A program made the translations under genes and the position numbers. A stretch of 64,000 nucleotides of DNA from Myxococcota bacterium (GTDB lineage: Bacteria > Myxococcota_A > UBA9160 > UBA6930), in the NCBI GenBank assembly GCA_965223705.1, contig OZ245015.1:3424001-3488000 (forward strand). The letters are read 5' to 3'. Under the pieces are notes generated by a model. That model had not been told where the DNA came from, ran no database searches, and saw nothing but the letters and a program-made list of their open reading frames with translations. Each line of letters starts with the position of its first letter. The stretch's first letter is position 1. Below, in pieces: positions 9,283 to 18,621 of this stretch.

Positions 9283-9326
9283 GCCGTCGTACTCTGCCGT
9301 TCTACTCCGTCGTTGTAGCCGTTGTA
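9283..9326 (+). repeat. Imperfect 13-bp tandem repeats upstream of the OYE gene
   Basis: GCCGTCGTACTCT / GCCGTTCTACTCC / GTCGTTGTAGCCG, plus GCCGTTGTA at 9318. Confidence 0.45.
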
Positions 9327-9341
9327 TATTGGTCGGCACTT

Positions 9342-11354
9342 ATGACGACGAATGATCTTCAACATATCTGGCAGCCACTTCGCGTCGGACCGGTCGAACT
9401 CAAGCACCGCATCATGGTGTCTGGACACACCCAGCTCTACGGGAAAGATGGCACCCTCTCGGATCGGCACATCGCTTACTACCGGGCCCGAGCCGCCGGT
9501 GGAGCGGCGCTCCTGGTGCTCGAGCAGCAAGGCGTTCATCCGGCGGTGATGAACTATCACGCGGGATGCGGTTCCTGGGAGCGGCGGGTCATTCCGTGGT
9601 ACGAACGTCTGGGTGACGCGGTCCATCCCCACGGCTGCGCGCAGTTCGTGCAGCTCTTCGCTTCGGGCGCGCAAGGTCGCAGCACCCAGTACATCGATCA
9701 CTTCTCGCCGCTCTGGTCGGCCTCGGGGATCCCTTCTGCGATCTCCAATGAAAAACCCCTCGCGATGGAGCAGCAGCACATTGATGAGCTCGTCGAGCAC
9801 TTTGCGCTCTCGGCAGAGAACGTAAAGCTCGCCGGTCTCGATGGCATCGAGGTTCACGCGGCCCACAGCCAGCTCGTCGGCGAATTCCTGAGCCCGGCGT
9901 TCAACAAACGAAGCGACCGTTATGGGGGTAGCGTCCGCGACCGCTGCCAACTTGCGATCGAGATCGGGGACGCGATCCGGAAGCGCGTCGGGCCCGATTT
10001 TTGCCTGGGGATTCGACTCTCCGCCGATGAATACCTGGGGGGCGCGGGAATCACGTTGGAGCAGACCGAGGAGCAGCTCGACGTGCTGGCCGCGACCGGG
10101 TTCTACGACTTCTTCGACATCTCGGGCGGTGGCTATCACACGCTCCACATCGCTGTGGCTCCGATGGATCGCATGCCGGAGGGCTTTTTGGCCCCCGCGG
10201 CCGAGCGCGCCAAACGTGTGGTGGGCGAGCGGGGGAAGGTGTTCGTCGTCGGTCGCGTGCTCGATCTCCGCACGGCCGAGGAGATCGTCGCCAAGGGCGC
10301 CGCCGACATGGTGGCGATGACGCGTGCCCACATGGCCGATCCGGCGATCGTGCGAAAAACGCGCGAGGGGCGAGAGCGTGAGATCACGCGCTGCGTAGGC
10401 GCGAACGTATGCGTGAAACGTCTGATCGACAACGTCGCGATTACGTGCGTGATGAACCCGTCGATGGGTCGCGAAGACACTCGAGGAACCCTCGAACCGG
10501 CGACAACGCCCCGCGACATCCTGGTGGTCGGGGGTGGGCCCGCAGGGATGCGCGCCGCGGCCACCGCCGCCGCGCGCGGTCATCGTGTGCGGCTTTGGGA
10601 GAAGGAAGACGCGTTGGGTGGGCATCTGCGCACTTGGGCACGCCTCCCCGACCGACGCGGCTGGTCGGTGGCGATCGACAATCTACAGCGTCCCGTCGAA
10701 GACCGCGGAGTCGAGATATCGCTGGGTCGCGAGATCGACGCGGCTTCGGTGACGAATGCCGGCGCCGACGTCGTCGTGTTGGCCGTCGGGTCGCATTGGG
10801 ACGCCCAAGGTCTCTCCGCTTATCGCCCCGATCGCAACGGCATCCCCGGCCACGATCGCGACCATGTCCTCGACCTCGGCACTGCGGCGTCACGCGCGCT
10901 CGAGAATGCTGCCGCACTGGGCCGACGCGTCCTCATGGTCGATGAATCGGAGAGCTATACGCCGCTCGCACTGGCGCAGCTTCTCGCCGAAGCCGGCGTC
11001 GAGGTCGAGATCGTGTCACCGCGCGCTGTCGTTGGAGGAGACACATTGAAGATCCTCGAGATGCTGCATGTCTTTCCCAAGCTGAAAGCGGCGGGCGTCC
11101 ATTGGCGAGCCCAGCACTTCGTCGAGGAAATCCGAGAGAAAGACGTGCTGTTGTACAACACGTTCGGCGGCGAACCGTTTGCCGAGGACGGGTTTGATAC
11201 GGTGGTGCTATCCCTCTTTCGCCAACCCGAGCGAGACCTGTTCGATGCGTTGAAAGGTGCGGGCCCGGAGCTTCACCGCGTCGGCGACTGTCTCACGCCC
11301 CGCTCTCTCGAGGCGGTGATCCACGAGGCCGACGAACTGGGGCGAGCTCTCTAG
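9342..11354 (+). CDS. OYE/FadH-type NADH:flavin oxidoreductase (TIM barrel + Fe-S + FAD domain)
   Basis: 'LDGIEVHAAH', 'FLSPAFNKRSDRYGGS', Fe-S region 'CVGANVC...CVMNP', 'VVGGGPAG'. Confidence 0.9.
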   Translation: MTTNDLQHIWQPLRVGPVELKHRIMVSGHTQLYGKDGTLSDRHIAYYRARAAGGAALLVLEQQGVHPAVMNYHAGCGSWERRVIPWYERLGDAVHPHGCAQFVQLFASGAQGRSTQYIDHFSPLWSASGIPSAISNEKPLAMEQQHIDELVEHFALSAENVKLAGLDGIEVHAAHSQLVGEFLSPAFNKRSDRYGGSVRDRCQLAIEIGDAIRKRVGPDFCLGIRLSADEYLGGAGITLEQTEEQLDVLAATGFYDFFDISGGGYHTLHIAVAPMDRMPEGFLAPAAERAKRVVGERGKVFVVGRVLDLRTAEEIVAKGAADMVAMTRAHMADPAIVRKTREGREREITRCVGANVCVKRLIDNVAITCVMNPSMGREDTRGTLEPATTPRDILVVGGGPAGMRAAATAAARGHRVRLWEKEDALGGHLRTWARLPDRRGWSVAIDNLQRPVEDRGVEISLGREIDAASVTNAGADVVVLAVGSHWDAQGLSAYRPDRNGIPGHDRDHVLDLGTAASRALENAAALGRRVLMVDESESYTPLALAQLLAEAGVEVEIVSPRAVVGGDTLKILEMLHVFPKLKAAGVHWRAQHFVEEIREKDVLLYNTFGGEPFAEDGFDTVVLSLFRQPERDLFDALKGAGPELHRVGDCLTPRSLEAVIHEADELGRAL

Positions 11355-12964
11355 CCCGACTGCGAAGCGCCGACGACCACGCCCGGATTCATGATGCCCT
11401 TGGGATCGAGTCGGCGTTTGGCGAGGGTCAAGACATCCCCGAACAACTCCGGGCGCTGCCTCTCGTACCACTTCTGGTGATCGCGACCGATCGCGTGATG
11501 GTGGGTGATGGTGCCGCCGTTTTCGACGATGGCGTCTGACGCCGCCTCCTTGATCGACCGCCATTGCTCGAGCATGCCGTCGGGCCGTCCCTCGCCGTGA
11601 AACGCGAAGTACGGAGCGGGTCCGTCGGGGTAGGCGTGGCTGAAGCGACACGACACCGCACCTTCTTTGCCTGTTTCCCGACGCAGGGCGTCCGCGGTGG
11701 CTTCTTTGATGGCGTGGTAGAACGCCTCGAATCGGTCCCACGTGATCGCGGTCTCGAAGGTATCGGAGATAATCCCGCGCGGCGTCAGGTTCTCTCGGTT
11801 GTACGGCATGCGGATGAAAGCGGTGCGCCACGCGCCGACGGCCCCCTGCAGATTCGCGTCCGGGTTGTCGCGCCACGGGACGTCGACCACGCCACCGTGG
11901 TCGAGGCAGCACTGCTCGGCCCGCGCCATCCAAGCATCGACCGGGTGATCGGACGATTCGAACGAAACGACCATGAGCGTGAACGATCCGTCTCCGGCTC
12001 CGTTCACTTGCAGCTCGACGCCATCGACGATCCGCACGTTGGCCGGGAACAAGCCCGCTTGGGAAACCGCGTGGACCGCTCGAGCAGCATCGAAGAAGTC
12101 GGCGAAGCGAAACCCCGCGGTCGCCTTGTAGGTCGGGCGTCCCTGCAGGCGCACCCAGGCTTCGGTGATGATACCGAGGGCGCCTTCCGACCCGATCATG
12201 AACCGATCGGGACTGGGACCAGCGCCGGTACCGGGCAACCGGCGCGATTGGATTTCGCCGGCCGGTGTGACCATCGTGACGCTCTCGACGAGATCGTCGA
12301 TGTGCGTGTAGAGGGTGGCGAAATGACCGCCGGAGCGGGTCGCGATCCAGCCTCCCAGAGTCGACTGCTCGAAAGACTGCGGAAAATGGCGCAGGGTGAG
12401 TCCGTGAGGTTTGAGCTGCGCTTCTAGGTCGGGCCCGAACGTACCGCCCTGAATCCGCGCTGCGCGCGATACGGGATCGACTTCGAGCACTTTGTCGAGG
12501 CGTTCCATGTCCACCGTGACGGTGGCGGCGCTGCGGTCACCGACGTCGGGTGTCACGCCACCGACGACCGAGGATCCGCCGCCGTAGGGAACCAGGGCGG
12601 CGCCCACCTCGCCGGCCCAATCGTACAGTCGACGGATATCGTCGGCGTCCTTGGGATACGCCACGACATCCGGTGCGTGTGCGTAGTCGCGGGCGAACAT
12701 GCGGATCGAATCCGGCTGCGACTGGCCAAAGCTGTGTAGGACCCGCTCGTAGGGATCGGTGCGACAGATCGTTGCCAGCGCTTGCGGCGGTTCAATACGC
12801 GGTTCGGCCAGCGGGACGTCGTCGACGCCCGGCCATTTGCCGTCCGTTGTCGGCCGGATGCCGAAGCCGGTAGCGAAGGTCTCGAGAAGAGCCCCCACTT
12901 CCTTGGCATCCAAGCCATCGTCCTCGTACCCCCAACCCCAGAATTTCCGCCGCCGATTCGCCAT
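11351..12964 (-). CDS. FAD-linked oxidase, alkyl-DHAP synthase-like
   Basis: 'RKFWGWG', 'PYGGGSSVVGG', 'HFPQSFEQSTLGGWIATR', 'GSEGALGIITE', 'HHHAIG'. True start ATG 12964. Confidence 0.9.
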   Translation of the reverse strand: MANRRRKFWGWGYEDDGLDAKEVGALLETFATGFGIRPTTDGKWPGVDDVPLAEPRIEPPQALATICRTDPYERVLHSFGQSQPDSIRMFARDYAHAPDVVAYPKDADDIRRLYDWAGEVGAALVPYGGGSSVVGGVTPDVGDRSAATVTVDMERLDKVLEVDPVSRAARIQGGTFGPDLEAQLKPHGLTLRHFPQSFEQSTLGGWIATRSGGHFATLYTHIDDLVESVTMVTPAGEIQSRRLPGTGAGPSPDRFMIGSEGALGIITEAWVRLQGRPTYKATAGFRFADFFDAARAVHAVSQAGLFPANVRIVDGVELQVNGAGDGSFTLMVVSFESSDHPVDAWMARAEQCCLDHGGVVDVPWRDNPDANLQGAVGAWRTAFIRMPYNRENLTPRGIISDTFETAITWDRFEAFYHAIKEATADALRRETGKEGAVSCRFSHAYPDGPAPYFAFHGEGRPDGMLEQWRSIKEAASDAIVENGGTITHHHAIGRDHQKWYERQRPELFGDVLTLAKRRLDPKGIMNPGVVVGASQSG

Positions 12965-13064
12965 TGTTTTCCTCGTCGCTGTGCTTCGGATCGGTGTCTC
13001 GAATCCCGGAAATTTATCGAATCGCCGTGTACCCGCCGTCGCGCGCTGCTTGTATCCTGACCGG

Positions 13065-13916
13065 ATGGAATCACTCGTCGGGAAGACCGCGGTCGTCACA
13101 GGAGCCGCGTCGGGAATGGGCAAGGCCTTTTGCGAGCGTTTTGCGCGGGCCGGCATGAACATCGTCGCCGCGGACGTCGAGCAAAATGCCCTCGAAGAAA
13201 CCGCCGCCGCCCTGCGCGCCGGAGGCGCCAAAACCATCGCCGTGCCCTGCGATGTCTCCCGGTCCGAAGACCACGAATCCGTACTCGCTGCAGCCCTCGA
13301 CACTTTCGGCCAGGTCCACGTGGTGTGTCTCAACGCCGGAGTCGGCGGGGACAACGCGAGCAGCTGGAACCTGTCCGTCGAGGACTGGGAGTGGACCTTG
13401 GGGGTCAATCTGTGGGGCGTGATTCACGGCGTCCGCACCTTCGTTCCCCACCTGTTAGAACACGATGACGGTCATGTCGTGACGACGGCGTCGATCGCGG
13501 GTCATATCTCCTCGCCCTACGGCGCTCCCTACAACGTGAGCAAGCACGGTGTCGTCACCTTGTCCGAAGGCCTCTACACCGAACTGCGACGAGAAAAACG
13601 CGGTGTCGGGGTGACGTGCCTGTGCCCGGGCTTCGTCGCGACGAACATTCTCGATTCCGCCCGCAACCGACCGGGCGGACGTCCCGAACCGCGCGGCAAC
13701 CAGGACTCCGGAGGCTCTCGGTTTGTCGAGAAGGCCCGACACTTCATCGAGACGGGGAAACCGCCGGCCGAGGTCGCGGATCTCGTACACGACGCGATCC
13801 TCGACAATCAGTTCTGGCTTTTTACCGACGACGTGTGGGACGAACCGATCTCGAGGCGCCACCGGGAAATCGAAGGCAGGCTGCCTCCCAGCTCCCCCGC
13901 TCCCCGAAGCCGTTGA
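13065..13916 (+). CDS. Short-chain dehydrogenase/reductase
   Basis: 'TGAASGMG', 'NAG', YxxxK 'YNVSK'. ATG 13065. Confidence 0.93.
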   Translation: MESLVGKTAVVTGAASGMGKAFCERFARAGMNIVAADVEQNALEETAAALRAGGAKTIAVPCDVSRSEDHESVLAAALDTFGQVHVVCLNAGVGGDNASSWNLSVEDWEWTLGVNLWGVIHGVRTFVPHLLEHDDGHVVTTASIAGHISSPYGAPYNVSKHGVVTLSEGLYTELRREKRGVGVTCLCPGFVATNILDSARNRPGGRPEPRGNQDSGGSRFVEKARHFIETGKPPAEVADLVHDAILDNQFWLFTDDVWDEPISRRHREIEGRLPPSSPAPRSR

Positions 13917-13919
13917 GCA

Positions 13920-14735
13920 TCAGCGTCGGTTTGCGTAGCTGACTCCGAGCCCCGCCCTGGCATCACTCTGGATCCCGTACTGCGGAATGGGATACCGCAG
14001 TCCGTTTCGCGACAGAGCCTCCATCCCGGAAATCGCCACCGGGAGGTAGGACGGCGGCATGGCCATCAAGAGCTCGTCGTCTAGAACCCCGCCGTACCGC
14101 CGCTCTGCAAAGCAGGGGATCGAGAGACTGGGCTCTCGCTTTGCGAGCGCGCGTCCCCACGAGTCCGCACAAGCGGATTCGCCGACGCAGCCAAATTCGA
14201 GCTTGCTGTATCCCGACCACTGCAAGCCGTTGATCAAGAGGATCATCTGACCCGGCGTCGCATAGATGAGACAGATGTCCGGTGGATCGAGTCGACCGGA
14301 GGTCAGTGGGGATACGGCCATCGCTCGGTAGCGTCCGTGAGGCACGCAATCCATCGCGCGCTGATGCGCCGCAGAGTCTTGGCGTGTCTTGAACCACACG
14401 CCCTCCATCTGTTCACCGGAGAGCCAGGCGTCATCCTGTGGCATCAGGCCGAGGACCGCGCCGCACTGCTGACCGACGAGATCATCCGCAGTGATGCCCA
14501 CGGTCCAACCGAGGCGGGCCGATTGAGCGACGATCTGATCCGTCGTATGGATGTCTTTGGGCCGGCGCACCTTCGGCAAGGCCTCCATCTCCTCGACGCT
14601 CTCGAAGAGCTTCATTCCAATGGGCGTGGTTTTGAGCCTTAGCAGTCGGTTCAGCGAATCGACCCAACCCTTCCAATCCCATGTCTCGGGCGCCAACGGC
14701 TCGCTGCCCTCGATCTGCAATGTCCCGTCGCTCAT
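13920..14735 (-). CDS. DUF169 family protein
   Basis: 'LRLKTTPIGMK', 'PPDICLIYATPGQMILL', 'GESACADS', 'PCFAERR...DDEL'. Confidence 0.8.
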   Translation of the reverse strand: MSDGTLQIEGSEPLAPETWDWKGWVDSLNRLLRLKTTPIGMKLFESVEEMEALPKVRRPKDIHTTDQIVAQSARLGWTVGITADDLVGQQCGAVLGLMPQDDAWLSGEQMEGVWFKTRQDSAAHQRAMDCVPHGRYRAMAVSPLTSGRLDPPDICLIYATPGQMILLINGLQWSGYSKLEFGCVGESACADSWGRALAKREPSLSIPCFAERRYGGVLDDELLMAMPPSYLPVAISGMEALSRNGLRYPIPQYGIQSDARAGLGVSYANRR

Positions 14736-14849
14736 GGCCGCCGCCCTCCTTCTTTGAACCAGATCCGGTTCGCGCAGCGCTCAATATACTCGGTGTCGCT
14801 TAGGTAGGAGACCGGTACTACGTTTCCACGTCGAAACGGAGGCTTCGCG

Positions 14850-16127
14850 ATCGACGACGCAACTCGTACGTGGCATGAATGGCTCAGTTGGCTGGGTTTT
14901 TCCGCCTCGGCGGAGGAGCTCGCCGCCCTGCCCGGCCAGCTCGTGGGTCTCGCCGGCCTCGCCCTATTCGCCGCCGTGGCGTATCTCGTCGCTCACCGCA
15001 TTGTCCTGCGCCTCATCCGCGCCGGTATACAGCGCACGGCGACGAAGCTCGACGACGCGCTTGTCCGCGAGAAGGTGTTCGGGCGCCTCGCACACCTGGC
15101 CCCCGCTCTGGTCTTCTTCCTCGGAACCGGCCTTTTTCCGGAGATTCCCGAGACGATCCGGCTGATCGTCGAGCGCGTCGCGGTCTCCGTGATGATCGTC
15201 GTCGTCGTGCTCGGAATTTCGGGCTTCCTCAACGCGGTCAACACGGTCTACTCGCAAAACCCGGAGAATCGACACCGACCCATCAAGAGCTACGTGCAGG
15301 TCGCGAAGCTTGTACTGGTGTTCATCGCGGGGCTCCTGGTCGTCGCGACCTTGATGGATCGCTCCCCGCTTCTTTTCCTCTCCGGACTCGGTGCCGTGGC
15401 TGCTGTGCTGATGCTGGTCTTCCGCGACACGATCCTTTCATTGGTCGCGAGCGTACAGCTCACCAGTCACGACATGATCCACGTCGGCGATTGGATCGAG
15501 ATGCCCTCCTTCGGCGCGGACGGCGACGTGATCGACGTGGCGCTCCACACGGTCAAGGTCCAGAACTGGGACAAGACGATCACCACGATCCCGACGTACG
15601 CGCTGATCTCGAACTCGTTCAAGAACTGGCGAGGGATGTCGCGATCGGGCGGCCGGCGCATCAAACGGGCGCTCAACATCGACGTTCAGAGCGTGCGCTT
15701 CCTGACGGAATCCGAGATCGAGGCGTTCGGAACGCATCCGCTCCTCGGGGAGTACATCGCGGAAAAAATGGCCGAGCTCGAGCGCCACAACGAAGAGGCA
15801 CCGGCTTCGAAGAGGGAATCCCGCCGCCTTACGAATGTCGGAACGTTCCGCGCTTATATCGTCGCTTACCTGAGATCCCACGAGGCCATCCATCAAGGGA
15901 TGACGCTGCTCGTGCGCCAGCGCGACCCCACGGCCGAAGGGCTGCCCATCGAAGTCTATTGCTTTACACGATCGACGAAATGGGGGGTCTACGAAGACGT
16001 GCAGTCAGACGTCTTTGACCACCTCCTCGCGGTCGCTCCGCAATTCGACCTGCGTATCTTCCAGGCACCTTCGGGCTATGATCTGACGGGCTTCGCAAGA
16101 GGTGCCGCTGACCGGGAGCCGCATTGA
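14850..16127 (+). CDS. MscS-family mechanosensitive channel (YbdG/MscM-like), probable ATC start
   Basis: 'PIKSYVQVAK', 'GDWIEMP..GADGDV', 'VKVQNWDKTITTIPTY', 'NWRGMSRSGGRRIKR'. GGAGG at 14838 lies 7 nt before an in-frame ATC. Alternative start GTG 14943. Confidence 0.9.
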   Translation: MDDATRTWHEWLSWLGFSASAEELAALPGQLVGLAGLALFAAVAYLVAHRIVLRLIRAGIQRTATKLDDALVREKVFGRLAHLAPALVFFLGTGLFPEIPETIRLIVERVAVSVMIVVVVLGISGFLNAVNTVYSQNPENRHRPIKSYVQVAKLVLVFIAGLLVVATLMDRSPLLFLSGLGAVAAVLMLVFRDTILSLVASVQLTSHDMIHVGDWIEMPSFGADGDVIDVALHTVKVQNWDKTITTIPTYALISNSFKNWRGMSRSGGRRIKRALNIDVQSVRFLTESEIEAFGTHPLLGEYIAEKMAELERHNEEAPASKRESRRLTNVGTFRAYIVAYLRSHEAIHQGMTLLVRQRDPTAEGLPIEVYCFTRSTKWGVYEDVQSDVFDHLLAVAPQFDLRIFQAPSGYDLTGFARGAADREPH

Positions 16128-16140
16128 GGAGGAAACCACC

Positions 16141-17784
16141 ATGGCCACAACAGCAACCCACGAGACCACGCTGCGAGCGGCAGCGTATGACTACGAGGTA
16201 ATCGTCATAGGCGCAGGGGTCTCCGGGATCTTCCAGTTGAAGCGGCTCAGCGACCTCGGCGTAAACGCGACGGTCATCGATGCCAACGACGGCCTTGGCG
16301 GCACCTGGTACAACAACCGCTACCCCGGGGCGCGATTCGACTCCGAAAGTTACACCTACGGCTATTCCATCGATCGAGAAATCCTCGACGAGTGGCACTG
16401 GAGTGAACGATTCTCGCCCCAGCCCGAGACGCTGCGCTACTTGAACTTCGTCGTCGACAAGTGGGGCCTTCGAGACCAGATGCAGCTCGGCTGTCGGGTC
16501 GAGTCCATGGTGTTCGACGAGAAGACCGACACTTGGCGTGTCTCACTCGGCGACGGACGCGTCCTCAACGCTCGCGTCGTCATCACGGGGTTGGGCCCGC
16601 TGTCGACGCCGACCTTGCCGAAAATCGAGGGAATGGACGATTTCCAGGGAGCGTCGTTCCATCCCGCGAATTGGCCCCACGAGCCCTTGCAACTCGCGGG
16701 CAAGCGCGTGGGCATCATCGGCACGGGCGCCACGGCGATCCAGATTATCCCAGAAGTCGCCAAGGAAGCGGATCACCTGACGGTCTTTCAGCGCCGAGCG
16801 AACTGGGCGGCTCCGCTCAACAATGGGCCGATCACAGAGGAAGAAATGGAGGCGATCCGGGCGCGCTACGACGAGATCTTTGAAGCTTGCGCGCAATCTC
16901 CCGCGGCCTTCGAGCACAAGCCGGACAACCGGAGCTTTTACGATGTCTCGCCTGAGGAGCGCCGCGAGTTTTGGGATCGTCTCTACGACGAACCCGGATT
17001 CAGCATCTGGCTCGCAAACTTCCCCGAGATCTTTATCGACGAGGAAGCCAATGCCGCAATCTCCGACTACATCGCGGATCGAATCCGCCAACGGGTCGAC
17101 GACCCGGAGATCGCGGAGAAGCTGATCCCCAAGGACCATGGCTTCGGGATCCAGCGGCTCCCCCTCGAAAGCGGGTATTTCGAGACCTACAACCGCGACA
17201 ATGTCGAGCTGGTCGACTCACAGGCGACTCCCATCGAGCGGATCACAGCGAACGGGTTGCGCACGTCGGACCGCGAGTTCGAGTTCGACGTCATCATCTA
17301 CGCGACGGGATTCGACGCGTTTACGGGGGCTTACGATCACATTGATATCCGAGGAATCGGTGGCCAGAAGCTTCGCGACCTGTGGGCCAACGGGCCGATC
17401 ACCTACCTCGGGATGCTGGTCAGCGGATTCCCGAACATGGCGATGCTCGGCGGTCCGCAGAGCGCTGCAGCGAACTTCCCGCGCGGCTCCGAAGTGGCCG
17501 TCGATTGGGTCCTCCCGCTGCTCCAGCACATGTGGGACAACGGCTTCACGCGGTTCAACGCGAAGAAGAATTCGCAACAAGAGTGGTTCGAGGAGGTCAA
17601 ATCGAGCTACGAGGGTCTACTTGCGAGCAAGGCGCAGAGCTGGATCACCGGCTACAACTCCAACTTGAAGGGCCACGAATACGGCCACACGCGATTCAAT
17701 ATCTTCGGGACGGGCGGCGTCGAGTACGCGAAACACTTGAGAAAGGCCGTCGAGGGCGGCTACCAAGGAGTCGAGTTCAGCTAA
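16141..17784 (+). CDS. Type I Baeyer-Villiger monooxygenase
   Basis: 'GGTWYNNRYPGARFD', fingerprint 'FQGASFHPANWP', 'GTGATAIQ', 'ATGFD'. ATG follows GAGGAGG. Confidence 0.92.
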   Translation: MATTATHETTLRAAAYDYEVIVIGAGVSGIFQLKRLSDLGVNATVIDANDGLGGTWYNNRYPGARFDSESYTYGYSIDREILDEWHWSERFSPQPETLRYLNFVVDKWGLRDQMQLGCRVESMVFDEKTDTWRVSLGDGRVLNARVVITGLGPLSTPTLPKIEGMDDFQGASFHPANWPHEPLQLAGKRVGIIGTGATAIQIIPEVAKEADHLTVFQRRANWAAPLNNGPITEEEMEAIRARYDEIFEACAQSPAAFEHKPDNRSFYDVSPEERREFWDRLYDEPGFSIWLANFPEIFIDEEANAAISDYIADRIRQRVDDPEIAEKLIPKDHGFGIQRLPLESGYFETYNRDNVELVDSQATPIERITANGLRTSDREFEFDVIIYATGFDAFTGAYDHIDIRGIGGQKLRDLWANGPITYLGMLVSGFPNMAMLGGPQSAAANFPRGSEVAVDWVLPLLQHMWDNGFTRFNAKKNSQQEWFEEVKSSYEGLLASKAQSWITGYNSNLKGHEYGHTRFNIFGTGGVEYAKHLRKAVEGGYQGVEFS

Positions 17785-17805
17785 GCGACGCGTCGCATGT
17801 AGACG

Positions 17806-18621
17806 TCACAAGGCGTGATCAAACGCGCGGCTGATTCGGTCCGCCCTGCGCTCGAAGTACCTGGCGGCGTCTTTGTGCGTGTGGATGTACAGCTCATTGC
17901 GCCGGATCGCGCCCACCACCAACTCCGCGACGGAATCCGCGGTTAGCGTGGCGCCGTCGAGATTCGCGCGCTCTTCCTCCGTATACGTACGGTTTGCGGT
18001 GGGGCCGCCGAGAGAATCCGGCCGGTTGCGACTGCTGAAATCGATATTGCTCGTGACCCGCATCGGACACAACACCGATACCCCGATGCCCTGGTCGCGC
18101 ACATCCTTGTGTAGCGACTCAGCGAGCGCCACGGTCGCGGCTTTCGTCACGTTGTAGACGCCGAGATCACGGTTGGGCACGAGCCCGGCGAAGCTCGCGG
18201 TAAACAGGACGTGACCTCCGTTCCCCGCAGCGACCATTCGGGGAAGGAACGCCTCGACCCCGTGAATACACCCCCACAAGTTGACCTGCATCAGCCATTC
18301 CCAGTCGTGATGCGTCATCTCATGCGTCGGACCGAAAACAGCGACCCCCGCGTTGTTCATAACAATGTCGACCTGGCCGTACCGATCCCAGGCGAAGTCC
18401 GCCAAACCGATCACCGCCTCCCGCTGGGCGACATCGGTCACGAGACCGCACGCTTCGATGCCTTCACGACGTAGGGAATCGACCGTCGAATCGAGCAGAG
18501 GCTGCTCGATATCAGCGAGGACCAGCTTGGCGCCCCCGCGAGCCAACGCCCGCCCGGTGGCGAGACCGATACCGCTCGCGCCACCGGTGATCACTGCCAC
18601 TTTGTCTTTGAAGTCTTCCAT
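17806..18621 (-). CDS. Short-chain dehydrogenase/reductase
   Basis: 'TGGASGIG', 'NNAG', 'YNVTK'. Start overlaps the ACAD stop. Confidence 0.93.
   Translation of the reverse strand: MEDFKDKVAVITGGASGIGLATGRALARGGAKLVLADIEQPLLDSTVDSLRREGIEACGLVTDVAQREAVIGLADFAWDRYGQVDIVMNNAGVAVFGPTHEMTHHDWEWLMQVNLWGCIHGVEAFLPRMVAAGNGGHVLFTASFAGLVPNRDLGVYNVTKAATVALAESLHKDVRDQGIGVSVLCPMRVTSNIDFSSRNRPDSLGGPTANRTYTEEERANLDGATLTADSVAELVVGAIRRNELYIHTHKDAARYFERRADRISRAFDHAL

Noticed and set aside
8817..10625. 602-aa antisense ORF
   Set aside because: Shadow of the BVMO/OYE genes in high-GC DNA, with no motifs.
12965..13408. N-terminal extensions making the FAD oxidase and SDR ORFs overlap head-to-head
   Set aside because: Family similarity starts at ATG 12964 (-) and ATG 13065 (+). 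The extensions are ORF-caller artefacts.
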